DNA from: Pseudomonadota bacterium
Lineage (GTDB): Bacteria > Pseudomonadota > Alphaproteobacteria > Sphingomonadales > Sphingomonadaceae
Assembly: GCA_023423655.1 (NCBI GenBank)
Contig: JAFAFE010000005.1
Location: 72,058 to 136,057 of the forward strand
Length of the DNA stretch: 64,000 nt
Direction: 5' to 3'
A program made the translations under genes and the position numbers. The first letter of the stretch is position 1. Each line of letters begins with the position of its first letter. The notes under the pieces are model-generated. The model saw only the letters and a program-made list of their open reading frames with translations, was not told where the DNA came from and did not search any database. Below are positions 26,797 to 36,702 of the stretch, one piece after another.

Positions 26797-28134
26797 ATGC
26801 TGCTGGCGGCTTTGATGCTGGGCGGCCTGTCCGTGCCGCTCGCCCCGGCGCTCGCGCAAAGCAGCAATACCGCGCGCGCGACCTCAGGCATGGTCCACGG
26901 CGATATGCTCCATTATCGCATGAAGCAGGGCGACAATCTCTACGTCCTAGCCCAGCGCCATATGTCGACCATGACGGCAGTGGAAAAAGTGCAGCGGCTG
27001 AACCGCATCGCCAATCCGCGCGCGGTGCCGGTGGGGACGGTCATCCGCATCCCCGTCGCCTATCTCAAATATCGTCCCGAAAAAGCGCGGCTGGTCGCAT
27101 GGCGCGGCGATGTCGGCGTCGGCAAAACGGGCGCGCCCACGGTCGGTATGGAATTGGGCGAAGGCATTGCGATTGCGACCGGGCAAGGCGGCTTTGTGAC
27201 GCTGCAACTGTCCAATGGCAGCCGTGTTTCAATCCCCTCGCAAAGTCTGGTGCGTATTGCGCGCCTCCGCGAATATAGCATCAATCAGGCGCTGGATTAT
27301 GAAATTGCGGTGGACAAGGGCCGCCTCCAGACCAAGGCCGCGCCGCTTAAAAATCCGGACAGCCGCTATCGCATCCGCACGCCCATTGCGGTGAGCGCGG
27401 TGCGCGGCACCGAATTCCGCATCAAGCTGGAAGGCGATAAAGTGCCCTCGCTCACCGAAGTGCTGGAAGGCACGGTCGAAGTGGGCGCGGCCGCCAAGGG
27501 CAGCCCGACCACGCCTGTCGTTAAAGGCGAAGGGCTGGCGGTGACCAGTGATGGCCGCAACATCGCCGAAAATCTCCTGCCCGCGCCCGAACTGGTGCGC
27601 CCCGGCAAGGTGCAGAAGGATGAAACGCTGTCGTTCGAAGTGGCGCCGGTGAGCGGGGCAACCCGCTATCACGCCATTTTCGCAACCGATGCGTCCTTGT
27701 CCGAACAATTTGCCGAAACGCGATCGGACACGCCGGTTATCACCTATCCGTCCATTCCCAATGGCCGCTATTATGTGCGCGTGTCGGCGCTTTCGCCTAA
27801 CGGATTTGAAGGCTTTCCCGCCAATTACGGCTTTGCCCGCCGCCTGTCGTCGGTCAAGGGAAGCGCCGCGCCGTCCGCCAGCGATGGCAGCGTCCTGTTC
27901 AAATGGGATGCGATGGGCGAAGGCAAGATTGTCCACCGCTTCCAGCTTTATCGCGATAGTGTGGAATCGACGCCTTATATTGACGAACCGGGCTTGGCCA
28001 AAAGCGAGATACGCCTCGACCGCCTTCCGCCCGGCACCTGGTATTGGCGCGTCGGCATTTCAGTTTTCGACGATGGCGCTGTCACCGACAGTTGGACCAC
28101 AGCCGAAAAGCTGATTATCGCCCGTGAAGAATGA
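26797..28134 (+). CDS. Secreted LysM + FecR-domain protein
   Basis: Signal peptide MLLAALMLGGLSVPLAPALA. LysM region: YRMKQGDNLYVLAQRH...VGTVIRIP. FecR-like region: GFVTLQLSNGSRVSIPSQS...AVRGTEFRI. Confidence 0.75.
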   Translation: MLLAALMLGGLSVPLAPALAQSSNTARATSGMVHGDMLHYRMKQGDNLYVLAQRHMSTMTAVEKVQRLNRIANPRAVPVGTVIRIPVAYLKYRPEKARLVAWRGDVGVGKTGAPTVGMELGEGIAIATGQGGFVTLQLSNGSRVSIPSQSLVRIARLREYSINQALDYEIAVDKGRLQTKAAPLKNPDSRYRIRTPIAVSAVRGTEFRIKLEGDKVPSLTEVLEGTVEVGAAAKGSPTTPVVKGEGLAVTSDGRNIAENLLPAPELVRPGKVQKDETLSFEVAPVSGATRYHAIFATDASLSEQFAETRSDTPVITYPSIPNGRYYVRVSALSPNGFEGFPANYGFARRLSSVKGSAAPSASDGSVLFKWDAMGEGKIVHRFQLYRDSVESTPYIDEPGLAKSEIRLDRLPPGTWYWRVGISVFDDGAVTDSWTTAEKLIIAREE

Positions 28135-30451
28135 GCGTCGGCCTCCGACGGTCGCCTATACCCCCATCCCTATCCGCCGCCGTTTATGGTTTGAATGGCT
28201 GCTCGTTGCGTTGATCGCCACCTTATTTGTGTTTGCCCTATCCTATACCGGCATGACGCGGCGGGTGGATAATATCATTTATGACCGCGCGCTGGGCTTG
28301 TTCCAGCCAGCAGTTGACGAGCGCATCCTGCTGGTCACGATTGACGATGACAGTTTGAAGCAGTTGGGGCGCTGGCCTTGGCCGCGCGAACTTCATGCGC
28401 GCATGGTCGAGCGGCTCCACCAGAGCGGCGCGCGGGCCGTCGCTTATGACGTATTATTCCCCGACCCCGCGCTCCCCGCCGATGATAGCGCGCTTGCCCG
28501 CGCTCTCGCGCTCGGCACGCCGGTTGTGCTGCCGCAAGCCTATAGTGTGCCCGGCCTCAATGGTGCGCCTTATGATGTGGTGAAACCCATCCCCGAGCTT
28601 GCGCATGCGGCCAAAGCGGTCGGCCATGTCAGCCTTGCTTATGATAGCGACGGGGTGGTGCGGCGTGTGCCGTTAAGCTTTGGCGACGGCGCGGACCGCA
28701 CGCTCCATATGATGGAGGAGCTTTACCGCATCGAACATGGCCGGCCATCGCATATGTGGGCGCGCAGCAGCGGCACCGACCATGAGGCGCTTATCAGCTA
28801 TCAGGCCAAAGGCGGCGGCTTTTCCGCCATCAGCTTTGCAAGTGTGTTGAACGGGGAAGTCCCCCCTGCGCTCATCAAGGATAAGCTGGTGCTGGTGGGA
28901 GCGGCGGCTTCGGGCATGGGGGATATTCATCCGACCCCGACCGGACGCGGCGGCACCGCATATGGGGTCGAGCTGATGGCCAATGTCCTCAATGCGATGG
29001 AGCAAGGCAAGGCAATCCGCGAGGTGCGCCCGCTTGTGCTTGCGCTGAGTTCGCTAGCGCCGATTGCTTTATTGCTGGTGAGTTTCTGGTTGCTGCGCCC
29101 GCGCACTACCCTCATCCTGACTTTGCTCCTTATCATAGCGATTTTCCTCATCCGCATCCTGTTGCTGCGCTTCGGGCTATGGGTGCCGCCCAGTCCTGCG
29201 CTGATCGGCGTGGCGCTGGTTTACCCTCTATGGGGTTGGCGGCGGTTGCAGGCGATGGACGATTTTGTCGGCACCCAGCTAAACCGCATCAGCCGCGAGG
29301 ATAATATCCTCCCGTCGGCGCAAGCGATGCCCGCGCTCAGCGACTATGTCGGGCAACGCGCGTTCCGGCTGGAACAGGCGATTTCCGAGGTGCGCGAATT
29401 GCGGCGCATCGTCTCCGACATATTGGAACAGCTTCCCGACCCGATGATGCTGGTGGACAGCAGCGGACGGGTGCGGCTCGCCAATGAGGATGCGGCGGAA
29501 TTGTTCGGCACCGCGCTCTATCATGATCAGGCGCTCAACCTGCTGCGCGGCATCGCTATCCCCGAAGACCGGCGCTATTTCGACGATCTCAAACCCGGAC
29601 TGGATGAAGAACATCGCATCACGTTCCAATCGCGCGCGGGACGCAGCTATGAAATCCGCAGCCTCCATGTGCGCGCGGATAATGGCGAATTGCGCGGGCT
29701 TTTATATTATCTGGCCGATGTGACGGGGCAAAAGCGGGCGGCGGAAGAACGTGAAGAACTGCTCCAGCTTCTGACCCATGATATGCGCTCGCCGCAAAGC
29801 TCGATATTGGCGCTGCTCGACGGGGTTCCGGCCAAACCGCTGGCGGTCAAGGATTATGACCGGCTGCGCAATTATGCGCGGCGCACACTGACCTTGGCGG
29901 ACAATTTCGTCCATCTGGCGCGGTTGAAAGGCACCGATTTCGAGCCGGAATTTATGGACCTTGGCGACATTGTGCAGGAAGCCGCCGACGCACTTTACAC
30001 GCTCGCCCACCGGCGCGGCATCCGCATCAAAGTGTCGCGCGCGGATCGCGGCGAATATTGGGTGATGGGCGAGCCCGGCACCTTGCACCGCGCTTTTTGC
30101 AACCTGTTCGACAATGCGGTCAAATATAGCCCCGACAAGGGTGTGATTTCCGCGCATTTATCGCGCGAGGGAGACATAATCCGCTGCGACCTGCTCGACG
30201 AAGGGCGCGGGATCGAGGGAGATTTGGCCGAACGGCTGTTCACCCGCTTTGCCAAAGGCGTGGCCCCCGTGACACAGCCGGTAGAGGGGGTCGAAGGCGC
30301 AGGATTGGGCCTTAATTTTGTGCTGACGGTGGTGGACCGGCATGGCGGCAATATCCGCGCCGAAACCGGCGAAGCGCAGAAAGGCGCGCATTTCATCATC
30401 GAATTTCCCGCAGCGGGCGATGATGGCACCGATCTTGATTTCGAGCCTTAA
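28124..30451 (+). CDS. CHASE2-domain sensor histidine kinase
   Basis: GTG 28124 overlaps the FecR gene's stop by 11 nt. The N-terminal periplasmic CHASE2-like region is followed by TM helices, an H-box (LTHDMRSPQSSILAL) and ATPase boxes (NLFDNAVKYS, DEGRGI, GAGLGLNFV). Confidence 0.8.
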   Translation: MKNERRPPTVAYTPIPIRRRLWFEWLLVALIATLFVFALSYTGMTRRVDNIIYDRALGLFQPAVDERILLVTIDDDSLKQLGRWPWPRELHARMVERLHQSGARAVAYDVLFPDPALPADDSALARALALGTPVVLPQAYSVPGLNGAPYDVVKPIPELAHAAKAVGHVSLAYDSDGVVRRVPLSFGDGADRTLHMMEELYRIEHGRPSHMWARSSGTDHEALISYQAKGGGFSAISFASVLNGEVPPALIKDKLVLVGAAASGMGDIHPTPTGRGGTAYGVELMANVLNAMEQGKAIREVRPLVLALSSLAPIALLLVSFWLLRPRTTLILTLLLIIAIFLIRILLLRFGLWVPPSPALIGVALVYPLWGWRRLQAMDDFVGTQLNRISREDNILPSAQAMPALSDYVGQRAFRLEQAISEVRELRRIVSDILEQLPDPMMLVDSSGRVRLANEDAAELFGTALYHDQALNLLRGIAIPEDRRYFDDLKPGLDEEHRITFQSRAGRSYEIRSLHVRADNGELRGLLYYLADVTGQKRAAEEREELLQLLTHDMRSPQSSILALLDGVPAKPLAVKDYDRLRNYARRTLTLADNFVHLARLKGTDFEPEFMDLGDIVQEAADALYTLAHRRGIRIKVSRADRGEYWVMGEPGTLHRAFCNLFDNAVKYSPDKGVISAHLSREGDIIRCDLLDEGRGIEGDLAERLFTRFAKGVAPVTQPVEGVEGAGLGLNFVLTVVDRHGGNIRAETGEAQKGAHFIIEFPAAGDDGTDLDFEP

Positions 30452-30458
30452 GGGCGCG

Positions 30459-31001
30459 TTATTCGACGCCTTGCCGTTCGACGGTCCGCGGTCCGTTTTG
30501 GCCGGAAAAGCCGCTGAGCGCGGAATCGAGCAAGAACGGCATCACGTCCACCGCTTTGGCTTTGCAATGATATTCTTCGGCCATGCCGCGATAGGCGATT
30601 GCGGCGTCCTTGACCCGCATTAGCACCAATTTAATGCCAATTTCCCGATCTTTGCAGCTTTGCAGCGCGCGGCGTTTTTTACTCTTGGCAAGCGGCGCGC
30701 CATCGACCGCATAACTCATATCGGCAGGCCGGTCGGAGACAGAAAGGGATGCGGCATAATGGGCGGCTTCCGCATCATCGGTGCGGGTGAGGCCAAGCGC
30801 CGACAGACGCCCTTCGAGCAGCCGCGCGGCTTCCACTGACAAGGGCGCGGGCGGTCCTTCCGGCACCGCCAGAATATAGGTCGCGCCCCGTTCCGGCGCG
30901 TGCAGGATGGCGGTATCAATGCGCGTCTGGATCGGGCCGGAGCAAGCCGCGAGCGCAAACAGGCCCGCCGCCAGACATACCGGCTTTGCAAAATGCAGCA
31001 T
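30459..31001 (-). CDS. Hypothetical lipoprotein
   Basis: Lipobox LFALAAC|SGP. No family recognised. Confidence 0.55.
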   Translation of the reverse strand: MLHFAKPVCLAAGLFALAACSGPIQTRIDTAILHAPERGATYILAVPEGPPAPLSVEAARLLEGRLSALGLTRTDDAEAAHYAASLSVSDRPADMSYAVDGAPLAKSKKRRALQSCKDREIGIKLVLMRVKDAAIAYRGMAEEYHCKAKAVDVMPFLLDSALSGFSGQNGPRTVERQGVE

Positions 31002-31029
31002 CTCTCTTTCCCTCCCCTTCGGACCGGCC

Positions 31030-34000
31030 TTAGCGGGTCATCAAGGCTGTATTGCCGCCCGATGCGGTAATATCGGTGGACAATGTCTTTTCCTCGGCGA
31101 ACCTGAACAGATAATGAGGACCGCCCGCTTTGGGACCGGTGCCTGACAGGCCGCGCCCGCCAAACGGCTGGCTACCGACAATCGCGCCGATCTGGTTGCG
31201 GTTGATATAGATATTACCGACCCGCGCGCGCGAGGCAATATGCGCGGCGACCGCATCAATCCGGCTGTGGATGCCAAGGGTAAGGCCGTAGCCCGTCCCG
31301 TTAATCTGGTCGATCACATCGTCCATCTCTTCGGCCTTGAAGGTGACGACGTGCAGCACCGGTCCGAAAATTTCGCGCTTCATGTCGGCAATCCGGTCCA
31401 GCCGGATGATAGTCGGCGGGATGAAGGTGCCATCGGGTGAGGCATCTTCAGTGCGCGTGGCTTCGGCCAAAACGCGATTTTCGCGGCGGCGGTCCTCAAT
31501 ATAGGCGGCGATACCGTCGCGCGCCTCCGCGTCGATAATCGGCCCGACATCGGTGGTGAGCGTGGCCGGATCGCCAACGCGCATTTCCGCCATCGCACCG
31601 CGCACCATGTCTACCATCGTTTCGGCGACATCTTCCTGCACGACGAGCAAGCGCAACGCCGAACAGCGTTGCCCTGCGCTCTGGAAAGAGGAGGCAATCA
31701 CATCGCGCGCCACCTGTTCGGGGAGCGCGGTGGAATCAACGATCATCGCGTTCAAACCGCCGGTTTCTGCGATAAGCGTCGCAATCGGCCCTTCGCGCGC
31801 GGCCAAGCTGCGGTTGATGATTTTCGCAACTTCGGTCGAGCCGGTGAAGCACACGCCATCGACATGGTCATGGCCAGTGAGCGCCGCGCCCACCGTTTCG
31901 CCATCACCGGGGAGGAACGCCATTACTTCGGGCGGCACACCCGCTTCATGGAGCAATTTGACCGCGGCATGGGCGATGAGCGGGGTTTGTTCGGCAGGCT
32001 TGGCAAGCACGGCATTGCCTGCAACCAGTGCCGCCGACACTTGGCCAAGGAAGATTGCCAGCGGGAAGTTCCACGGCGAGATACAGGCGAACACGCCCTT
32101 GCCTTCGAGGATCATTTCATTGCGTTCGCCGGTGGGTCCGGGCAGCGTCGTATTGCGTGCAAAATGCTTGCGCGCTTGCGCTGCATAATAGCGTAGAAAA
32201 TCGGTCGCTTCGCGCAATTCGGCAATCGCATCGAGCAAAGTCTTGCCCGCTTCATCCATCGCCAGCGCGAGGAAGTTAGCAGTGTTAGCTTCGAGCAAAT
32301 CCGCCGCGCGTTCCAGCTTTTCGGCGCGCCATTCGCCGCCCGCAAGCGACCAGTCAGGCTGCGCCGCAACCGCCAAAGCAATCGCCCGATCCACCGCCGC
32401 GCTATCGGCATTGATAACATGGCCAATCGTCTCGCCGGTCGCGGGATTGGTGACAGGGACTTGGGCGCCCGTCACAGTAACGCCCGCAACCAGAGGCACC
32501 GCAAGCCGCTCGCCTGCACGCGCTTTGTCCATGCTCGCGACCAACTCTGCCGCGACACCGGGGTCGTTAATGTCATAGCCCTGACTGTTACGGCGTTCCG
32601 GATTGAACAGCTCGGTGCCGGTCGGGATGCCGCTCCCCATCATGCTCACGCTCGCCATTTCGCGCGGGTCGATGGTGAGTTCTTCGACTGTCACATCGGG
32701 GTCGGAAAATTGGTGGACGAAGGACGAGTTCGCGCCATTTTCCAGCAAGCGCCGCACCAGATAGGCGAGCAGATCGCGGTGGGTGCCAACCGGCGCATAA
32801 ATCCGCACGGGCCGCGCATGGCCGCTAATTTCGCCCAAAGCGTCATGCGCGCCTTCGCCCATACCGTGGAGGCGCTGCAATTCATGGTCGTTCTTATGGC
32901 CGAACAATGTCGCAACATAAGCAACCGTCATCGCATTATGCGTCGCGAAACAGGGATAGAGATGGTCGGTCATGCCGTGCAGCATCTGCGCGCACCGCAT
33001 ATAGGAAATGTCGGTATTATTCTTCGCGGTATAGACCGGAAAATAATCAATGCCGAGCACTTGGCCGCGCTTGATTTCGCTATCCCAATAAGCGCCCTTG
33101 ACCAGCCGCATCGCCAGTTTCACCTGCGCGCGTTTGGCAAGCTCATAGAGCCATTGCACCGCTTCGGGGGCGCGTTTCTGATAGGCTTGGATGACAATGC
33201 CAAAACCGGTCCAATCGCTCGCCAATCCGGCTGCAACCACGCCTTCGCACATATCCATATGCGGTTCCAACCGGTCGCTTTCTTCGGCATCGACCATGAT
33301 CGGAATATTGACGGCGCGCGCCTGTTCGACGAGCGCGATAACCTTCGGCAGCAATTCGCTTTTGACGCGGTCGGCCTGCAAATATTCATAGCGCGGATGG
33401 AGCGCGGACAGTTTGATCGAAATGCCGTGATTGGCGTGCGGATCGCCGGGCTTCGCATATTTGCCGATGACGTTGATGGCATCGCGATAGCTGTCAAAAT
33501 AGCGGTCCGCATCTTCCATCGTGCGCGCCGCTTCGCCCAGCATATCGAAGGAGCAAAGTTCGTCGGGCGCAATTTTGCCTGCCCGGCGGATGGCGTCCTC
33601 GATGGTTTCGCCCATGACAAATTGCTGGCCGAGCAATTTCATCGCGGCAAGCGCGGCTTGACGGATGACCGGCTCACCCGATTTGCGGATAAGTTTGCGC
33701 AAAATAGAAAGCGGGGCTGCCTTGCTGCCAATTTGGTCGAGCAGCAATGTCGCCGACCCCAAAGACAGGCCCCAAGCCGACATATCGACGAGCATCTTGC
33801 CCGACCGCGCATCGCTTTCGGTCCAATCGCGCCCGGCAATCTTGTCCTTGATGAGCGCATTGGCGGTTTCATCATCCGGCACGCGCAGCAAGGCTTCGGC
33901 AAGGCACATCAGCACCACGCCTTCTTCGGTTGAAAGCCGGTAGCGGTTCATAAACGCATCAATCAGCGTTTCTTTATTGTCGCCCGATTTGGCTATGCCG

Positions 34001-34143
34001 ATAATCTTGCGGCCCAGCGCTTTGACCGTTTCGACAGACGGCGCATCGACCGCGAGCGCGGCCAGCAGCGAACGAACCAGTTCGCCTTCATCGCGCCGTT
34101 GCGCTTGACGTAACAATGTCCGGTTATCTGCTGTGTGCGCCAT
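31030..34143 (-). CDS. putA: Bifunctional proline dehydrogenase / L-glutamate-gamma-semialdehyde dehydrogenase
   Basis: ORF 31030..34329; I prefer ATG 34143 (MAHTADNRTLL...). About 1037 aa. The PRODH barrel region is followed by an ALDH domain (FTGSTEVAK, EETGGLNAMIVD-like IAETGGLNAMIVDS, GQRCSALR). Confidence 0.9.
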   Translation of the reverse strand: MAHTADNRTLLRQAQRRDEGELVRSLLAALAVDAPSVETVKALGRKIIGIAKSGDNKETLIDAFMNRYRLSTEEGVVLMCLAEALLRVPDDETANALIKDKIAGRDWTESDARSGKMLVDMSAWGLSLGSATLLLDQIGSKAAPLSILRKLIRKSGEPVIRQAALAAMKLLGQQFVMGETIEDAIRRAGKIAPDELCSFDMLGEAARTMEDADRYFDSYRDAINVIGKYAKPGDPHANHGISIKLSALHPRYEYLQADRVKSELLPKVIALVEQARAVNIPIMVDAEESDRLEPHMDMCEGVVAAGLASDWTGFGIVIQAYQKRAPEAVQWLYELAKRAQVKLAMRLVKGAYWDSEIKRGQVLGIDYFPVYTAKNNTDISYMRCAQMLHGMTDHLYPCFATHNAMTVAYVATLFGHKNDHELQRLHGMGEGAHDALGEISGHARPVRIYAPVGTHRDLLAYLVRRLLENGANSSFVHQFSDPDVTVEELTIDPREMASVSMMGSGIPTGTELFNPERRNSQGYDINDPGVAAELVASMDKARAGERLAVPLVAGVTVTGAQVPVTNPATGETIGHVINADSAAVDRAIALAVAAQPDWSLAGGEWRAEKLERAADLLEANTANFLALAMDEAGKTLLDAIAELREATDFLRYYAAQARKHFARNTTLPGPTGERNEMILEGKGVFACISPWNFPLAIFLGQVSAALVAGNAVLAKPAEQTPLIAHAAVKLLHEAGVPPEVMAFLPGDGETVGAALTGHDHVDGVCFTGSTEVAKIINRSLAAREGPIATLIAETGGLNAMIVDSTALPEQVARDVIASSFQSAGQRCSALRLLVVQEDVAETMVDMVRGAMAEMRVGDPATLTTDVGPIIDAEARDGIAAYIEDRRRENRVLAEATRTEDASPDGTFIPPTIIRLDRIADMKREIFGPVLHVVTFKAEEMDDVIDQINGTGYGLTLGIHSRIDAVAAHIASRARVGNIYINRNQIGAIVGSQPFGGRGLSGTGPKAGGPHYLFRFAEEKTLSTDITASGGNTALMTR

Positions 34144-34290
34144 AAAATTACGCTCTCCTGCGGGGGCTTGATACTGCACCGACGCCCTATAAGCAAACTG
34201 GTTCCACGCGCAATAAAAGAAGGTATTGGCGAAATATAATTTCAATAAAAGTGTAACAAAGACGTGTTTGCTTCTCTTTTTTACCCGCCT

Positions 34291-34411
34291 CCCCCACCCG
34301 TCATTGCGAGCGCCGTAGGCGCGCGGCAATCCAGATCCACGGAACGCAAAGCTTGTGTGAGGCGACTCTGGATTGCCGCGCCGCTACGCGGCTCGCAATG
34401 ACGGGTGGGGG
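34291..34411. repeat. Large imperfect palindrome (44-nt arms, 33-nt spacer) between the divergent putA and RNB genes
   Basis: Arms: CCCCCACCCGTCATTGCGAGCGCCGTAGGCGCGCGGCAATCCAG and CTGGATTGCCGCGCCGCTACGCGGCTCGCAATGACGGGTGGGGG. They differ only in the central ~11 nt. Confidence 0.9.
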
Positions 34412-34488
34412 CATAAGAAGTAACGAATCCGCACCATCGGCTTTTCAAGCCTTGCCCGACGCGGGTGGATGCGGATAGCAAAGGGGCG

Positions 34489-35874
34489 ATGAAAAGCCTG
34501 ATCGACCCGACGCACACGCTGAACAGCGGCCTTGCCACCATCCGCCAGCAATTCCAGGTTCCGCCCGACTTCCCGCCCGACGTGCTGGCCGCCGCCAATG
34601 ATGCCGCCACCCGCGCGCCGACCGCGCATCAGGACCGCACCGCGCTTCCCTTTGTGACCTTGGACCCGGCGACCTCGACCGACCTCGACCAAGCCTTTGC
34701 CATCGAAGTTGCGGGCGCGGACATCCTCCTGCGCTATGCGATTGCGGATGTGGCGTGGTTTGTCGATGATGGCGGGGTGCTTGATGCCGAAGCGTGGAAA
34801 CGCGGCGCGACCATCTATATGCCCGACGGCAAGGCAGGGCTTTATCCGCCGGTATTGAGCGAAAATGCGGCCAGCCTGCTCCCCGACGGCCCGCGCCCTG
34901 CGGTGATTTTCACTGTGCGGGTCGATGCGGATGGCGTGCCGAAACTGGACGGGGCGGAACGCGCGATCATCCAAAGCCGCGCCAAGCTTGCGTATGACAG
35001 CGTGCGCCCCGCCGATTTGCCACAAGGTTTTGCCGAGCTTGCGCGGCGGATGCAGGCCGCCGAAGTCGCGCGCGGCGCGGCGCGCGTCGATCCGCCCGAG
35101 CAGGAGGTCGGCCATGATGCGGAAGGGCGGCCCGAACTTTTGTTCCGCCCGCGCCTCCAGTCGGAAGAGGATAATGCCGCGCTGTCGCTCGCGACCAATT
35201 TGGCGATTGCCGATGCGTTGCAGGCTAACGCTACAGGTCTGTTTCGTGTAATGGAGGAGCCGGGCGAACCGGCGATCCGGCGGCTGCGCCACACCGCGCG
35301 CGCGTTCGGGCTGGACTGGCCCGAAAGCGCCTCTTTGAGCGATTATGAAAAGACGCTCGACCCCGCCGACGCGCGGCAAGCGGCGTTCATGCTCGCGATA
35401 CGGCGGGCGGGCAATGGCGCAAGCTATAAGCCTTATGAAGCGGGCGTCACGCCCTGGCATTCGGCGATGGCGGCAACCTATACCCATGCGACCGCGCCGC
35501 TCCGCCGCTTGGCCGACCGCTATATTGTGCGCGCGGCATTAAGCGTCGCCAATGGCGAGGCGGTGGAACCGGTTGTCGCTGACGCCTTCCAGCGCCTCCC
35601 CAAAATCATGGCGCGCGCCGATTCGCTCGGCAATCAGGTCAATAATGCGGTGATAGACCTCGCCGAAACCATCGTGTTGCAGGACAAAATCGGACAATCG
35701 TTCGACGCCATCGTCACCGACATAGACGAACGCGGCGTGAGGATGCAGCTCAGCCAATACCCCGTCGTCGCCCGCGTCGTAGCGCGCGGCACCAACCCCG
35801 GCGACTCCATGCAAGTCCGCTTGGTCAAAGCCGACACAGCCAGCCGCACCTTGGAATTTGAACGCATAGCTTGA
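34489..35874 (+). CDS. RNB-domain exoribonuclease (RNase II/R family, no obvious N-terminal CSD)
   Basis: ORF 34465..35874; ATG 34489. Motifs: LDPATSTDLDQAFAIE and YTHATAPLRRLADRY (RNB catalytic region), with a C-terminal S1-like end. Confidence 0.8.
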   Translation: MKSLIDPTHTLNSGLATIRQQFQVPPDFPPDVLAAANDAATRAPTAHQDRTALPFVTLDPATSTDLDQAFAIEVAGADILLRYAIADVAWFVDDGGVLDAEAWKRGATIYMPDGKAGLYPPVLSENAASLLPDGPRPAVIFTVRVDADGVPKLDGAERAIIQSRAKLAYDSVRPADLPQGFAELARRMQAAEVARGAARVDPPEQEVGHDAEGRPELLFRPRLQSEEDNAALSLATNLAIADALQANATGLFRVMEEPGEPAIRRLRHTARAFGLDWPESASLSDYEKTLDPADARQAAFMLAIRRAGNGASYKPYEAGVTPWHSAMAATYTHATAPLRRLADRYIVRAALSVANGEAVEPVVADAFQRLPKIMARADSLGNQVNNAVIDLAETIVLQDKIGQSFDAIVTDIDERGVRMQLSQYPVVARVVARGTNPGDSMQVRLVKADTASRTLEFERIA

Positions 35875-35905
35875 GGGAGGGGGAGGGAATAAAATAAAAA
35901 ATCCC

Positions 35906-36436
35906 ACGGTCATTGAACGCGCCGAACGATTAAAACAGGCCTTTAAGGAATCGGGCATCCGACAGTCGGAAGTTCTTGAACGACTGAAATTGAAGGAATC
36001 CACATTCCGTGGAAATCGAAACGGAAACGCCAATTTTGGTTATAATCGTGCCCATGAATATGCCAAATTGTTCGGCGTTGATACGGGCTGGCTCTATCAC
36101 GGTTCCAGCTATCACGACCATCTTGTTAATTTTAACGGAATGAAAGACGGGTATTGCGTCAGAGAGGATTTCCCAAATACCTTACAGGAGCAGTTATCCT
36201 CCGCGACAGCCTCGATGGTTTTGGATCAAACCGACAATATTCCTATGAGCGGCTATGCTTACGCTTTCGATATAAATGGCGTTGTTATTTATGGTATTTA
36301 TCAAGCCCATCCTGCACCACGGATTGAGCCTCTTCCAATAAATTTATCTCAAAAAACGATACCCTTAAATGCCAATCCGAGAACACGAACATGGCACGTG
36401 ACAGGAAGAATAGTAAAAATAACGATTGAGATTTGA
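35906..36436 (+). pseudogene. Phage/ICE repressor-like XRE HTH protein whose HTH coding sequence extends upstream of any canonical start codon
   Basis: The track ORF starts at TTG 35990. The same frame is open back to 35870 and encodes ...TVIERAERLKQAFKESGIRQSEVLERLKLKESTFRGNRNGNANFGYNRAHEYAKLFGVDTGWLYHGS, an XRE-type HTH. There is no ATG/GTG/TTG in frame between 35870 and 35990. The gene is much more AT-rich than its surroundings. Confidence 0.55.
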
Positions 36437-36702
36437 GATTTATTTGCGAACCGGATTACAAGGCTTTTACGAAACTTTCGTAAAGCCAGAGAAATCATAG
36501 CTCTTTCTGGCTAGGTAGAACTACTGTCAGTTTGAACCCTCCAATCACCGTTCGGGCGACAAAGTGACAAGGCGCGAAGTCGATTATCCAACAAGGAGTT
36601 GCCACCGGCCAAGGCGACCGAGCGACTTGTGCGGAAAATCTGTCAGTCGACGCGCCTACGGATTTCGGATGAGAAATCGAAATATCGGAACGGCGTTGCC
36701 GC

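Noticed and set aside
34281-34610. ORF 34281..34610 (-) and the N-terminal extension of putA (34144..34329).
   Set aside because: Both are generated by the arms of the 121-bp palindrome and by AT-rich promoter DNA. The putA homology-like sequence begins at ATG 34143.
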